A stretch of DNA of 20,462 bases from Candidatus Methanomethylophilaceae archaeon (lineage in GTDB: Archaea > Thermoplasmatota > Thermoplasmata > Methanomassiliicoccales > Methanomethylophilaceae), in NCBI GenBank assembly GCA_944320495.1, contig CALUHR010000011.1, positions 1 through 20,462 on the forward strand, in the 5' to 3' direction. The translations under genes were made by a program, and so were the position numbers. The notes beneath the pieces were generated by a model. That model was not told the DNA's origin and did no database searches. It saw only the letters and a program-made list of their open reading frames with translations. Positions 6,797 to 15,363 of the stretch are shown piece after piece. The stretch's first letter is position 1. Every line of letters begins with the position of its first letter.

Positions 6797-8100
6797 TGAG
6801 GGTCTGCGCATCGCTGAGCTCCGTCTCGGAGCTCGACACTCCGACCAGGCTCGTGGAGATCCGCCTGGACCTCCTGGGCTCGGTCCCCGAGGACCCGAAG
6901 GGGCACGAGATGCTCGTGACCTTCCGCGGACCCGTGGACACCGGCGTCCTCCCCGAGGGGTTCTCCGGCATGATAGACATCGGCGAGGAGCACCGCCCCG
7001 AGACCTCCGCCACCGTGGTGGCGTCCCATCACGACTTCGAGGGCACGCCCACGGCGGAGCGCATCGGGTCCATCCTCTCCGGGATGGACTGCGACATAGC
7101 CAAGGGCGCCTTCTCCGTCGGCTCCTTCAGGGACCTCGTGAGCATCCTCGACGCCGCCAGGTCGCTGGGGAGGAGGCACGTGGTGCTCGGCATGGGCCCG
7201 CTCGGCACGATAACCCGCGTGAGGGCGGACATCCTCGGGAACGAGTTCAGCTTCGGATACGTCGGCGAGCCGACGGCTCCCGGACAGCTCAGCGCCGAGA
7301 GGATGGAGAGGCTGCCGGACGGATGCACCGTGCTCGGGATCGTCGGGAGGCCGCTCTCCAAGAGCAGGTCCCCGGCCATGCACAACGCGGCCCTGGAGGC
7401 CGCCGGGATCGACGGCATATACCTGCCGTTCGAGGCGGACGACCTGGACCAGGTGGAGGAGGTCGTGCGCGGATACGGCATCCGCGGGCTCAACGTCACC
7501 ATACCGTACAAGATCGACATCATGGACCACCTCGACGCCGTGACGGCCGACGCCTCCGCCATGGGGGCGGTCAACACCGTGGTCAACGAGGACGGCAGGC
7601 TCGTCGGGCACAACACCGACGTGGCCGGGGTCCGCAACGCCCTGTCCAGGGCGGGCATCGAGGCCGAGGACGGCCGCGTGCTCATCATGGGATCCGGAGG
7701 GGCCGCCAGGGCGATCGCCCACTGCGCCGCCGGGATGGGCTGCGACATCACCGTCACCGGAAGGAACGCCGAGACCGGGTCCGAGCTCGCCTCGGACTTC
7801 GGAGGCGTCTACCGCGACCCGAAGTCCGTATCCGTGATGATGTACGACCTGATCGTCAACTGCACCCCGGTGGGCATGTACTCCGACGGACCGTATCCCG
7901 TGGACATATCGCGCATCCAGAGGGGACAGGCCGTGTTCGACATGGTCTACGGCCGCGAGACCCCTCTGATCAGGCGCGCCAGGGAGGTCGGGTCGCCGGC
8001 AGCCACCGGCGAGGACATGCTGGCCGGCCAGGGGGCCGAGTCCTTCAGGCTCTGGACGGGCATCGATGGCATGTTCGACACCATGAGGGCCGTCCTATGA
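6796..8100 (+). CDS. aroDE: Fused type I 3-dehydroquinate dehydratase / shikimate dehydrogenase
   Basis: N-domain EIRLD, SHHDF, DIAK, MGPLG..TR, APGQL. C-domain SRSPAMHN, NVTIPYK, GAVNT, NTD, GSGGAAR, VNCTPVGM, DMVY, GEDMLAGQG. TGATG coupling at 6794-6798. Confidence 0.93.
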   Translation: MRVCASLSSVSELDTPTRLVEIRLDLLGSVPEDPKGHEMLVTFRGPVDTGVLPEGFSGMIDIGEEHRPETSATVVASHHDFEGTPTAERIGSILSGMDCDIAKGAFSVGSFRDLVSILDAARSLGRRHVVLGMGPLGTITRVRADILGNEFSFGYVGEPTAPGQLSAERMERLPDGCTVLGIVGRPLSKSRSPAMHNAALEAAGIDGIYLPFEADDLDQVEEVVRGYGIRGLNVTIPYKIDIMDHLDAVTADASAMGAVNTVVNEDGRLVGHNTDVAGVRNALSRAGIEAEDGRVLIMGSGGAARAIAHCAAGMGCDITVTGRNAETGSELASDFGGVYRDPKSVSVMMYDLIVNCTPVGMYSDGPYPVDISRIQRGQAVFDMVYGRETPLIRRAREVGSPAATGEDMLAGQGAESFRLWTGIDGMFDTMRAVL

Positions 8101-8936
8101 CATCGGTCGGCAGGTCCCACGGCTCCATAACGGTGATAAACGCCATGCCCAGCGGCATAGGGGCCACCATCGGAGTCGCCCTGAAGACCGAGGCGAGGTT
8201 CGCCGTCGGAGGGGACGCCAGAGAGGTCAGGATCGCCAGCGATGCGGGCGAGGACCCGACCATGGCGGCGATATGCGTGCGCAGGGCCTACGAGGCCGCC
8301 GGGATCCCCGAGCCGGACGGCTGGACGCTGGAGACGTCCTCGGAGATACCCGTGTCCAGAGGGCTCAAGAGCAGCAGCGCCGCCTGCAACGCCATCATCA
8401 GGGCCGTGTTCGCGGAGATCGGACACCGCATGGACCCCGTCGACCTCATCAGGCTCGGGGTCGGATGCGCCAGGGAGGCCAAGGTCACCGTCACCGGGTC
8501 CTTCGACGACGCCTGCGGATGCGGGCTCGGAGGCCTGGTCATGACCGACAACCGGAGGGACGAGATATTGGACAGGTCGGACATCGGCGAGTACGATGTC
8601 GTCATCCACGTCCCCCGCTTCAAGATCAGGAAGTCCTCGATGCCCGTCGAGGCGCTCCGCGCCGCGGCGCCGGAGCTCGAGGAGGCCGTGGACATCGCCA
8701 TGACCGACCCCTTCAGAGCCATGACGATCAACGGGCGCGTCATATCGAGGGTCCAGGACGTGGACAACTCCCTCGCGGAGAGGGCCGTGTCCATGGGGGC
8801 CCTGGGAGCGGGGATGTCCGGGTCCGGCCCCGCCATAGCCATCGTCGTGCCGCACGGCGACGGGCGGTCCTTCGCCCGCGACCTCGGCACGGATCCGGAG
8901 GAGACCATCATGACAACCACGAGGTGCGGCGAATGA
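8097..8936 (+). CDS. aroK: Archaeal shikimate kinase (GHMP family)
   Basis: ITVINAMPSGIGA, PVSRGLKSSSAA, TGSFDDA, AGMSGSGPA; ATGA overlap with aroDE at 8097-8100. Confidence 0.93.
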   Translation: MTSVGRSHGSITVINAMPSGIGATIGVALKTEARFAVGGDAREVRIASDAGEDPTMAAICVRRAYEAAGIPEPDGWTLETSSEIPVSRGLKSSSAACNAIIRAVFAEIGHRMDPVDLIRLGVGCAREAKVTVTGSFDDACGCGLGGLVMTDNRRDEILDRSDIGEYDVVIHVPRFKIRKSSMPVEALRAAAPELEEAVDIAMTDPFRAMTINGRVISRVQDVDNSLAERAVSMGALGAGMSGSGPAIAIVVPHGDGRSFARDLGTDPEETIMTTTRCGE

Positions 8937-10294
8937 CAAGTATAGCGTTCCGCGGAGGGGAGATATCCGGAAGGATATCCCCGCCGCCGTCCAAGAGCCA
9001 CACACACCGGGCCGTGTTCCTGGCCTCGATGGCCGAGGGGCGCTCGGAGCTCTCTAACTGCCTGCTTTCTGCCGACACGCTGGCCACCATGGACGCCTGC
9101 AGGGCGATGGGCGCATCGGTGTCGCTGGAGGGACAGGACGCGACCGTCGACGGAGGGGACCTCAGGGCCCCCGCCGCGCCGATCGACGCCATGAACTCCG
9201 GGACCACCATGAGGATACTGACCGGCATATGCTCGTCGTTCGACCGCCCGGTCACCATCACCGGGGACGAGTCCCTAAGGAAGAGGCCCATGGGCCCCCT
9301 CCTGCAGGCCCTGGGATCCTGCGGGGTCGCCTGTTCGTCCAACGGAGGCCTCCCCCCTGTGACCGTCCAGGGACCGAACCGCGGTGGCCCGGTGTCCATA
9401 GACGGGAGCGTCAGCTCCCAGTTCATCACATCCCTGATGCTCACCGCGCCCCTGCTGAGGGACGGGTCCGTCATCACCATCGAGGGCGACCCGGTGTCGG
9501 CCCCCTACCTGGACGTCACCTCGCACATGATGAGGCTGTACGGCGCCGAGGTCCGCAGGGACGGCAACGTGTTCGAGATCCCCGGCACCGGATACACCCC
9601 ATACGACTACGGCGTCCCGGCGGACTTCTCGTCCGCGGCGTTCCCCATGGTGGCCGCCGCTCTGGGCGGCGAATGCACCGTGACGGGGATGGATCCCGCC
9701 GACCCGCAGGGCGACAAGATGATCGTCGACATCCTGCGCATGGCGGGTGCCGATGTAACCGTAGACGGCCGCGAGGCCCGCGTGAGGGCGGGTCCGCTCA
9801 AGCCGTGCGAGATAGACATGGGGCAGGTCCCGGACCTGTTCCCGGTCACGGCGGTGCTGCTGAGCACCGCGGAGGGGGAGAGCCGGCTGTACGGCGCTCC
9901 CCAGCTGAGGTTCAAGGAGAGCGACCGCATCGAGACCACCGTCCGCATGATCAACGCCCTGGGAGGCGACGCGGAGGGGACCGAGGACGGGTGCATCATC
10001 CACGGCGTGGGACGTCTGAGGGGCGGGAGCGTGGAGCACCACGGCGACCACCGCATCATGATGTCCGCGGCCGTGGCGTCCGTCGTCTGCGACGGACCCG
10101 TCACCATGGCCGACCCGGAGTGCGCGGCCGTATCCTTCCCCGGATTCCCGGCGGCGATGGCGGGCATCGGCCTGAGATCGGAGGTCCAGCGATGTACCAG
10201 TTCGGAACCAGGCTCAGGTTCACGCTCTTCGGCAGGAGCCACGGCCCCTGCGTCGGGGGCATCCTCGAAGGCGTCCCGACGGGATTCGCCATAG
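8933..10294 (+). CDS. aroA: 3-phosphoshikimate 1-carboxyvinyltransferase (EPSP synthase)
   Basis: PPSKSHTHR, NSGTTMR, GDESLRKRPM, SSQFITSLML, KESDRI, GDHRI, SFPGF. ATGA overlap with aroK at 8933-8936. The standard-code end (TAG 10292-10294) creates a 103-nt overlap with aroC; in-frame CGA 10190-10192 would give a 419-aa protein. Confidence 0.95.
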   Translation: MTSIAFRGGEISGRISPPPSKSHTHRAVFLASMAEGRSELSNCLLSADTLATMDACRAMGASVSLEGQDATVDGGDLRAPAAPIDAMNSGTTMRILTGICSSFDRPVTITGDESLRKRPMGPLLQALGSCGVACSSNGGLPPVTVQGPNRGGPVSIDGSVSSQFITSLMLTAPLLRDGSVITIEGDPVSAPYLDVTSHMMRLYGAEVRRDGNVFEIPGTGYTPYDYGVPADFSSAAFPMVAAALGGECTVTGMDPADPQGDKMIVDILRMAGADVTVDGREARVRAGPLKPCEIDMGQVPDLFPVTAVLLSTAEGESRLYGAPQLRFKESDRIETTVRMINALGGDAEGTEDGCIIHGVGRLRGGSVEHHGDHRIMMSAAVASVVCDGPVTMADPECAAVSFPGFPAAMAGIGLRSEVQRCTSSEPGSGSRSSAGATAPASGASSKASRRDSP

Positions 10295-11271
10295 ACATGG
10301 ACGCGGTCGCGGAGGAGATGAGGCTCCGCAGACCCGTCGGAGGGATCGGCACGCCAAGGAGGGAGGCTGACGTCCCGGAGTTCGTCCAGGGCATCACGGA
10401 CGGGCGCGCCACCGGCCAGCCCATCCTCATAAAGATAGCGAACGGGAACACCGACGGCTCGAAGTACGCCGCGTTCTACGACACCCCGCGCCCGGGCCAT
10501 GCGGACCTGCCGGCGCTGCTGAAGTTCCCGGACCACGACCTGAGCGGCAGCGGCCAGTTCTCGGGCAGGCTGACCGCGGCCATCGTCGCCGCCGGGGCCG
10601 TCGCCAAGCAGATCATCGCGGAGAAGGGCGTCTCCGTCGACGCCTTCACCCGCTCGGTCGGCGAGGTGGCCGACGGCTCGGTGCGCACCGCCGCGGAGGC
10701 CCGCGGATCCCGCGCCTTCGCCACCCGCGCATGCACCCAGCGTCTCGACGACGCCATGAGGGACCACATCGAGAGGGTCGGCGCCTCCCGCGACAGCGTC
10801 GGGGGCACCGTCGAATGCATCGTCTCCGGGCTGCCCATAGGCTTCGGAGGTATCTGGTTCGAGGCCCTGGACGCAGAGCTGGCACATGCGATGTTCGGCA
10901 TCCCGGCGTGCAAGGGCGTCGAGTTCGGGGACGGATTCGAGCTCGCGGCCATGCGCGGGTCGCAGTCCAACGACGCGTACCGCATGGACGGCGGCAGGAT
11001 AGTCACCGCGAGCAACCACATGGGCGGCATCGTTGGCGGCATGTGCGACGGGGCGCCGGTCGTCCTCAGGGTCGCGTTCAAACCGACCCCTTCGATAGGC
11101 GTAGAACAGAGGACCATCAACCTCAGGACCGGGACCGACGACACGGTCACGGTCGAGGGTAGGCACGACCCCTGCATCGTCCCCCGGGCGGTGGCGGTCG
11201 TGGAGGCCATGGCTGCTCTGACCGTGGCAGATCAGATTGCGAGGGGATTCCGATGGGATTGGATTCTATAA
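10192..11271 (+). CDS. aroC: Chorismate synthase
   Basis: FGRSHG, RPGHAD, SGRLTA, DSVGG, KGVEFG, SNHMGGI.GG, KPTPSI, GRHDPC; GGAGGT SD at 10180-10185. Standard stop TAA 11269-11271; in-frame CGA at 11251-11253. Confidence 0.95.
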   Translation: MYQFGTRLRFTLFGRSHGPCVGGILEGVPTGFAIDMDAVAEEMRLRRPVGGIGTPRREADVPEFVQGITDGRATGQPILIKIANGNTDGSKYAAFYDTPRPGHADLPALLKFPDHDLSGSGQFSGRLTAAIVAAGAVAKQIIAEKGVSVDAFTRSVGEVADGSVRTAAEARGSRAFATRACTQRLDDAMRDHIERVGASRDSVGGTVECIVSGLPIGFGGIWFEALDAELAHAMFGIPACKGVEFGDGFELAAMRGSQSNDAYRMDGGRIVTASNHMGGIVGGMCDGAPVVLRVAFKPTPSIGVEQRTINLRTGTDDTVTVEGRHDPCIVPRAVAVVEAMAALTVADQIARGFRWDWIL

Positions 11272-12305
11272 GGGATGAGATAGCCGAGGTCGACAGAGGA
11301 ATCCTCGAGCTGATGAAACGCAGGCTGGAGCTCGCCCGCATGGTGGGCGAGGAGAAGGTCAGGACCGGCGCCGCCGTGAGGAACGCTGCGCAGGAGGACA
11401 GGGTCGCCGACAGGTACAGGGGCTTCGCCCTGGAGAACGGCATGAACCCCGTCTGCGCCGAGAGGGTGTGCCGCATCCTCATGCAGGAGTCCGTCGACCT
11501 CCAGGCGTCCATGCCCCGGCCGGCCGAACATGCCCGCCATGTGGCGGTCATCGGCGGCTACGGGAAGATGGGGCGCTGGATGGCGGACCTCCTGAGGAGC
11601 TCCGGCCACAGGGTCGACATCATCGACCCCTCCGCGGGGAACGGCCTGAGGACCGAGGACGCCAAGTGGGCCGACACGGTGATCGTCTCCATCCCCATAT
11701 CCCGCACCGGGGGCATGCTCCGGAAGCTGGACGGGATCTGCGGACCCGACACGCTGATCCTGGACATCGCCTCCCTCAAATCGCCGTTCATCGACGTGCT
11801 CAGGGAGCTGGGCTCCCGCAGGAGGGTGTGCTCCGTGCACCCCATGTTCGGACCGTCAGCGGAGTCCATGCATGACAGGAACCTCGTGGTCTGCGACTGC
11901 GGGTCCCGCGAGGCGGTGGATGACGCCCTGTCCCTGTTCGGGAACCACGGCGCCAACATCCGCACGATGCCCGTGGAGGATCACGACAGGTACATGTCCT
12001 ACGTCCTGGGGCTGAGCCATGCGGTCAACATCGCGTTCTTCACGGCTCTGGACAGGAGCGGGATATCGTTCCGCGACATGGAGTCGGTCGCCTCGACCAC
12101 GTTCGAGAAGATGATGGACACCAACCAGTCCGTCGCCCTCGAGGACCCCTACCTCTACTACGAGATCCAGCACATGAACTCCTCCCGCGAGACCATGCTG
12201 AAGGAGTTCGACAGCGCCGTCCACGACGTGGTGGAGGCCGCCCTGAGCGACGACCCCTCCGCGTTCAAGGAGCTAATGGACAGGGGACGCGAGTACTTCA
12301 CCTGA
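11253..12305 (+). CDS. tyrA: Bifunctional chorismate mutase / prephenate dehydrogenase
   Basis: AroQ-type N-domain (LDSIRDEIAEVDR.IL.L...R....K...R...E). PDH domain with VIGGYGKMG, DIASLK, SVHPMFGP, HDRYMSYVLGLSH. Confidence 0.9.
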   Translation: MGLDSIRDEIAEVDRGILELMKRRLELARMVGEEKVRTGAAVRNAAQEDRVADRYRGFALENGMNPVCAERVCRILMQESVDLQASMPRPAEHARHVAVIGGYGKMGRWMADLLRSSGHRVDIIDPSAGNGLRTEDAKWADTVIVSIPISRTGGMLRKLDGICGPDTLILDIASLKSPFIDVLRELGSRRRVCSVHPMFGPSAESMHDRNLVVCDCGSREAVDDALSLFGNHGANIRTMPVEDHDRYMSYVLGLSHAVNIAFFTALDRSGISFRDMESVASTTFEKMMDTNQSVALEDPYLYYEIQHMNSSRETMLKEFDSAVHDVVEAALSDDPSAFKELMDRGREYFT

Positions 12306-13839
12306 GGGGGGCCATCCCCCTCAGGGTCCCGAACACCGGCATCATGCCGGCCATGACCGAGCGGCGGTCCTCGTACATCGAGCGGTACATCCGGGTGTTC
12401 TCCGGATCGGGTCTGAAGGACCTGTCGACCACCGCCGCCCCTTCCAGCGTGCCCACGAGATCTGGAAGGTCGCCGACGGCATGGGCCGCCATGGCGCAGT
12501 CCGTCATCACCGCACCTCCGCGGGTGCGCATGACCACCGCCTCGCTTCCGATCATATCGGCCTTTATCTGGTTCCACAGGTCGTTGGCGCTCCCGCCCTC
12601 GGCTATCGTGATCCTGCTCAGGTCCACGCCGGCGACGCGGTACTCGTCGGTCACCCCGATGTAGTCGAAGCCTATCGCCTCCAGGACCGAGCGCCACATG
12701 GCCCCGCGTCCGGAGTCCAGGGTGAGATTGAGGAACGCCCCGCTGGCGTCGGCCTCGCTCCCGTAGCCTCCCGTCAGATACGGGAGGAACGTCACCCCGT
12801 TGGAACCCGCCGGAACCTCGGAGGCCTCCGCGGTGAGGGTGTCGTAGTCCGCGCTCCCGGCGCAGACGCTGTCCCTGAACCATCTGAGGGACAGCCCGCC
12901 GGTGCGGATGTACCCCCAGTAGAAGTACGAATCGTCCAGGGAGCCGCTGTTGAAAATCAGGCCCTTGCCGTGAGCGCTGAGCTCGGGGATGATCCCGTCG
13001 GTAGACGCGCAGAACATGGCGCATGTGCCGGCCACGTCGGCGGCCATCCCGGGGCGGAACATCCCGCAGCCCAGCATGGACTGCATGGTGTCGCCGGCGC
13101 CCGCGCATATGGGGGTCCCCGCGGGGACGCCGGTGCGCTCTGCCATCTCCCTCGTGAGCCCCCCGACGATGTCCCAGGGCTTCAGGATGCGGGGCATCAT
13201 CGACGGGTCGATGCCCAGGATCGACAGCTGCTCCTCGGACCACCTCTTGCGCATGACGTCGTATCCAAGCCCCCAACCGGACATGGCACCCTGGTCGATG
13301 AAGGCGTCCTCCGCCCTCAGGTCGGCCAGATGCATGAGGATGTACGGGGCGTTGTGGACGAACTTCGCCCCTTCGTCGGAGAACCCGGGCACGTTTGACT
13401 GGAACCATCTGGCGAAGAGCGCCGGGAACATGCAGCTGGCGTCCGCGTTGCCTGTCTCCTCGCCCCATATGGACAGACCCATGGCATTTATGGCGTCGGC
13501 ATCCTCCTGGGTGCGGGAGTCCAGATAGTTGACGTAGGGAGTGATCGACCGTCCGTCGGCATCCACCCCGGTGATCCCGCAGATGATGCCGTCGCCCATG
13601 ACGGCGCGGATGCCCGACGGGTCCAGGCCCTTGGACGTCATCTGCTCGGTGCACGCCCTCATCCCGGTCACGGTCAGCGAGAGGTACTCGTCCGGATCCA
13701 TCTCGACCATGCGGGGACCGGGATGGCGTATGGTGGTCATGCCGTCCCATACCGCAATGCACTGAAGATCGGAATCGTACACAGACACCTTGACGCTCTG
13801 GGTGCCGGCATCGAACCCCATGTAGAACCTCTCGCCCAT
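12298..13839 (-). CDS. FGGY-family carbohydrate kinase (xylulokinase-like), substrate unknown
   Basis: N-terminal GFDAGTQSVK (DxGTxS), GAGDTMQS, GTCAMF, FLPYL.G, R.VLEAI, GGS.NDLWNQIKAD; 513 aa; TTTTA element ~23 nt upstream of the ATG. Confidence 0.9.
   Translation of the reverse strand: MGERFYMGFDAGTQSVKVSVYDSDLQCIAVWDGMTTIRHPGPRMVEMDPDEYLSLTVTGMRACTEQMTSKGLDPSGIRAVMGDGIICGITGVDADGRSITPYVNYLDSRTQEDADAINAMGLSIWGEETGNADASCMFPALFARWFQSNVPGFSDEGAKFVHNAPYILMHLADLRAEDAFIDQGAMSGWGLGYDVMRKRWSEEQLSILGIDPSMMPRILKPWDIVGGLTREMAERTGVPAGTPICAGAGDTMQSMLGCGMFRPGMAADVAGTCAMFCASTDGIIPELSAHGKGLIFNSGSLDDSYFYWGYIRTGGLSLRWFRDSVCAGSADYDTLTAEASEVPAGSNGVTFLPYLTGGYGSEADASGAFLNLTLDSGRGAMWRSVLEAIGFDYIGVTDEYRVAGVDLSRITIAEGGSANDLWNQIKADMIGSEAVVMRTRGGAVMTDCAMAAHAVGDLPDLVGTLEGAAVVDRSFRPDPENTRMYRSMYEDRRSVMAGMMPVFGTLRGMAPLR
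12301..12325. terminator. Perfect 10-bp hairpin at the tyrA/FGGY convergent overlap
   Basis: CCTGAGGGGG (12301-12310), loop GCCAT, CCCCCTCAGG (12316-12325). Confidence 0.5.
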
Positions 13840-13899
13840 GAGCGTTCGGAGAAGGTATGAGTAAAAGGTTTTTGGTAGGTCCCCAGAATCCTGGTAGGT

Positions 13900-15363
13900 T
13901 CAGAGGTACTTACGGTAGTCGTACCTGCCGTCCCTGACGCGGGCGTTGACCTCGTCGGAGATCCTCTCGAGATCCCCGGGCTCGAAGAGTCCGGACGTTA
14001 TGTCACGGAACCCCTGCGAGGACATCATGTGCACCGAGCACGACGACACTCCGAACCTCCTGCCTATGGGGCCAGAAGCGACCTCGGTGTACTGGACCTT
14101 GTCGTAGTTGATGTACTCGACGGAGAGGTCGTAGGACCCGTGGACGATGAGGAACGAATCCTCGCCCATGCACACTGCACGGTGCCTCTGTGCCAGGACC
14201 ACACGGCCGGCGATGAGGATGACGAGGAGCAATGGCACGGCCACGAGCAGAGTGAGCGCCGTGGCGCTCCAGAACGGTGTGAGCGTGTCCGCGAACTCTA
14301 CCGCATATCCGCTGATGAACCCGAAGGACACCAGGATGACGACGGCCAGGATGAGGTTGGCGATGGCCATCGCCTTCAGCGCCCCGCGGGGCTGATGCTC
14401 CGGCTCTGGCTCGAAGTACAGCTCGGGGACCAGCCTCCCGAGCAGGTCCTCCACCTCCCTCCGGTCCTTTAGCGGGCAGAGTATCGGCATGTTCTCGTTC
14501 TCCTCCCCCATGCCGACGACCTCGGCCTCGAGGACCGAGCGTCCGATGAGCCTGGCGAAGATCGGGGACCTTAGGCGGACGGAGTTCACCTTGTTGACCT
14601 TGAAGGACCTGCGAGTGTGGGTGAACATGCCGCTCTCGACGGTGATCGTGTCCCCCAAGCGATAGACCCTGTAGTTGTAGTACTTCAGGATCGAGGATAT
14701 CAGCGGCAGGATGTAGGACACGAGCATCAGGATGACGGCTGTCAGCAGACCGCCTGAGCTCTCATAGAACAGCGAAATCACAGCATAGATCAGCATCACC
14801 AGTCCGAACAGCTGCTGACCGGTGGGCTGACCCAGGGCCGCGTTCAGGATGACGTCCCTGTTGGTGACCAGGATCATCGTGGACTCCAGGAGCTCCGTCT
14901 CGACGGTCGTCTCCTTGGAGAAGATCCTGGAGTTTAGCTCGTCGCGGAGACGGTCCGCCTCCGCCCTCTTCAGGACCAGGGTGGCCTCTGCCGCGGTGGC
15001 GTTGACGCTGCTGTTGACGTTGAACATCAGCGCGGACGTCCCGAAGATCATGTTGAAGATGTCCCTCCTGACGGTGACGGAGGCCAAGCGGGTGTACTGG
15101 ATGTGCTTGTCGGACTTGGTCAGTAGCATGTCCCTGACCACGTTCAGCTCCGTCGGCGTGAACGTGTACACGGTCCTCCTCCAGAGGGCCACACAGTAGA
15201 GGAACACCAATGCCGTCAGCACCGCGACCAGGGTCAGCGTCTTAGTGAGGCCGTCGACCACATCGATGACGTTCAGGATCACGAACAGCACCACCGCAGC
15301 GGCGAAGGCTTGGCTGACCAGGACGGTCGGATGGTTACGGAGGGTTATCGACTCGTCTCCCAT
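13900..15363 (-). CDS. YdbT-like membrane protein with multiple bacterial PH (bPH_2/DUF304) domains
   Basis: Alternating hydrophobic hairpins and bPH-type segments (YTF...V.R.ML...I.Y.R..SV; YRVYR...G.F...R.F...KVNSV; INYDKVQ.TEV..GPI.RRFG). Start MGDESITL at 15363, preceded by a GGAGAGG SD; the track's 15735 start is an extension. Confidence 0.8.
   Translation of the reverse strand: MGDESITLRNHPTVLVSQAFAAAVVLFVILNVIDVVDGLTKTLTLVAVLTALVFLYCVALWRRTVYTFTPTELNVVRDMLLTKSDKHIQYTRLASVTVRRDIFNMIFGTSALMFNVNSSVNATAAEATLVLKRAEADRLRDELNSRIFSKETTVETELLESTMILVTNRDVILNAALGQPTGQQLFGLVMLIYAVISLFYESSGGLLTAVILMLVSYILPLISSILKYYNYRVYRLGDTITVESGMFTHTRRSFKVNKVNSVRLRSPIFARLIGRSVLEAEVVGMGEENENMPILCPLKDRREVEDLLGRLVPELYFEPEPEHQPRGALKAMAIANLILAVVILVSFGFISGYAVEFADTLTPFWSATALTLLVAVPLLLVILIAGRVVLAQRHRAVCMGEDSFLIVHGSYDLSVEYINYDKVQYTEVASGPIGRRFGVSSCSVHMMSSQGFRDITSGLFEPGDLERISDEVNARVRDGRYDYRKYL

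Noticed and set aside
10228-10242. AroC N-terminal motif GRSHG instead of GESHG
   Set aside because: The catalytic Ser-His pair is retained and all other motifs are intact; treated as ordinary variation.
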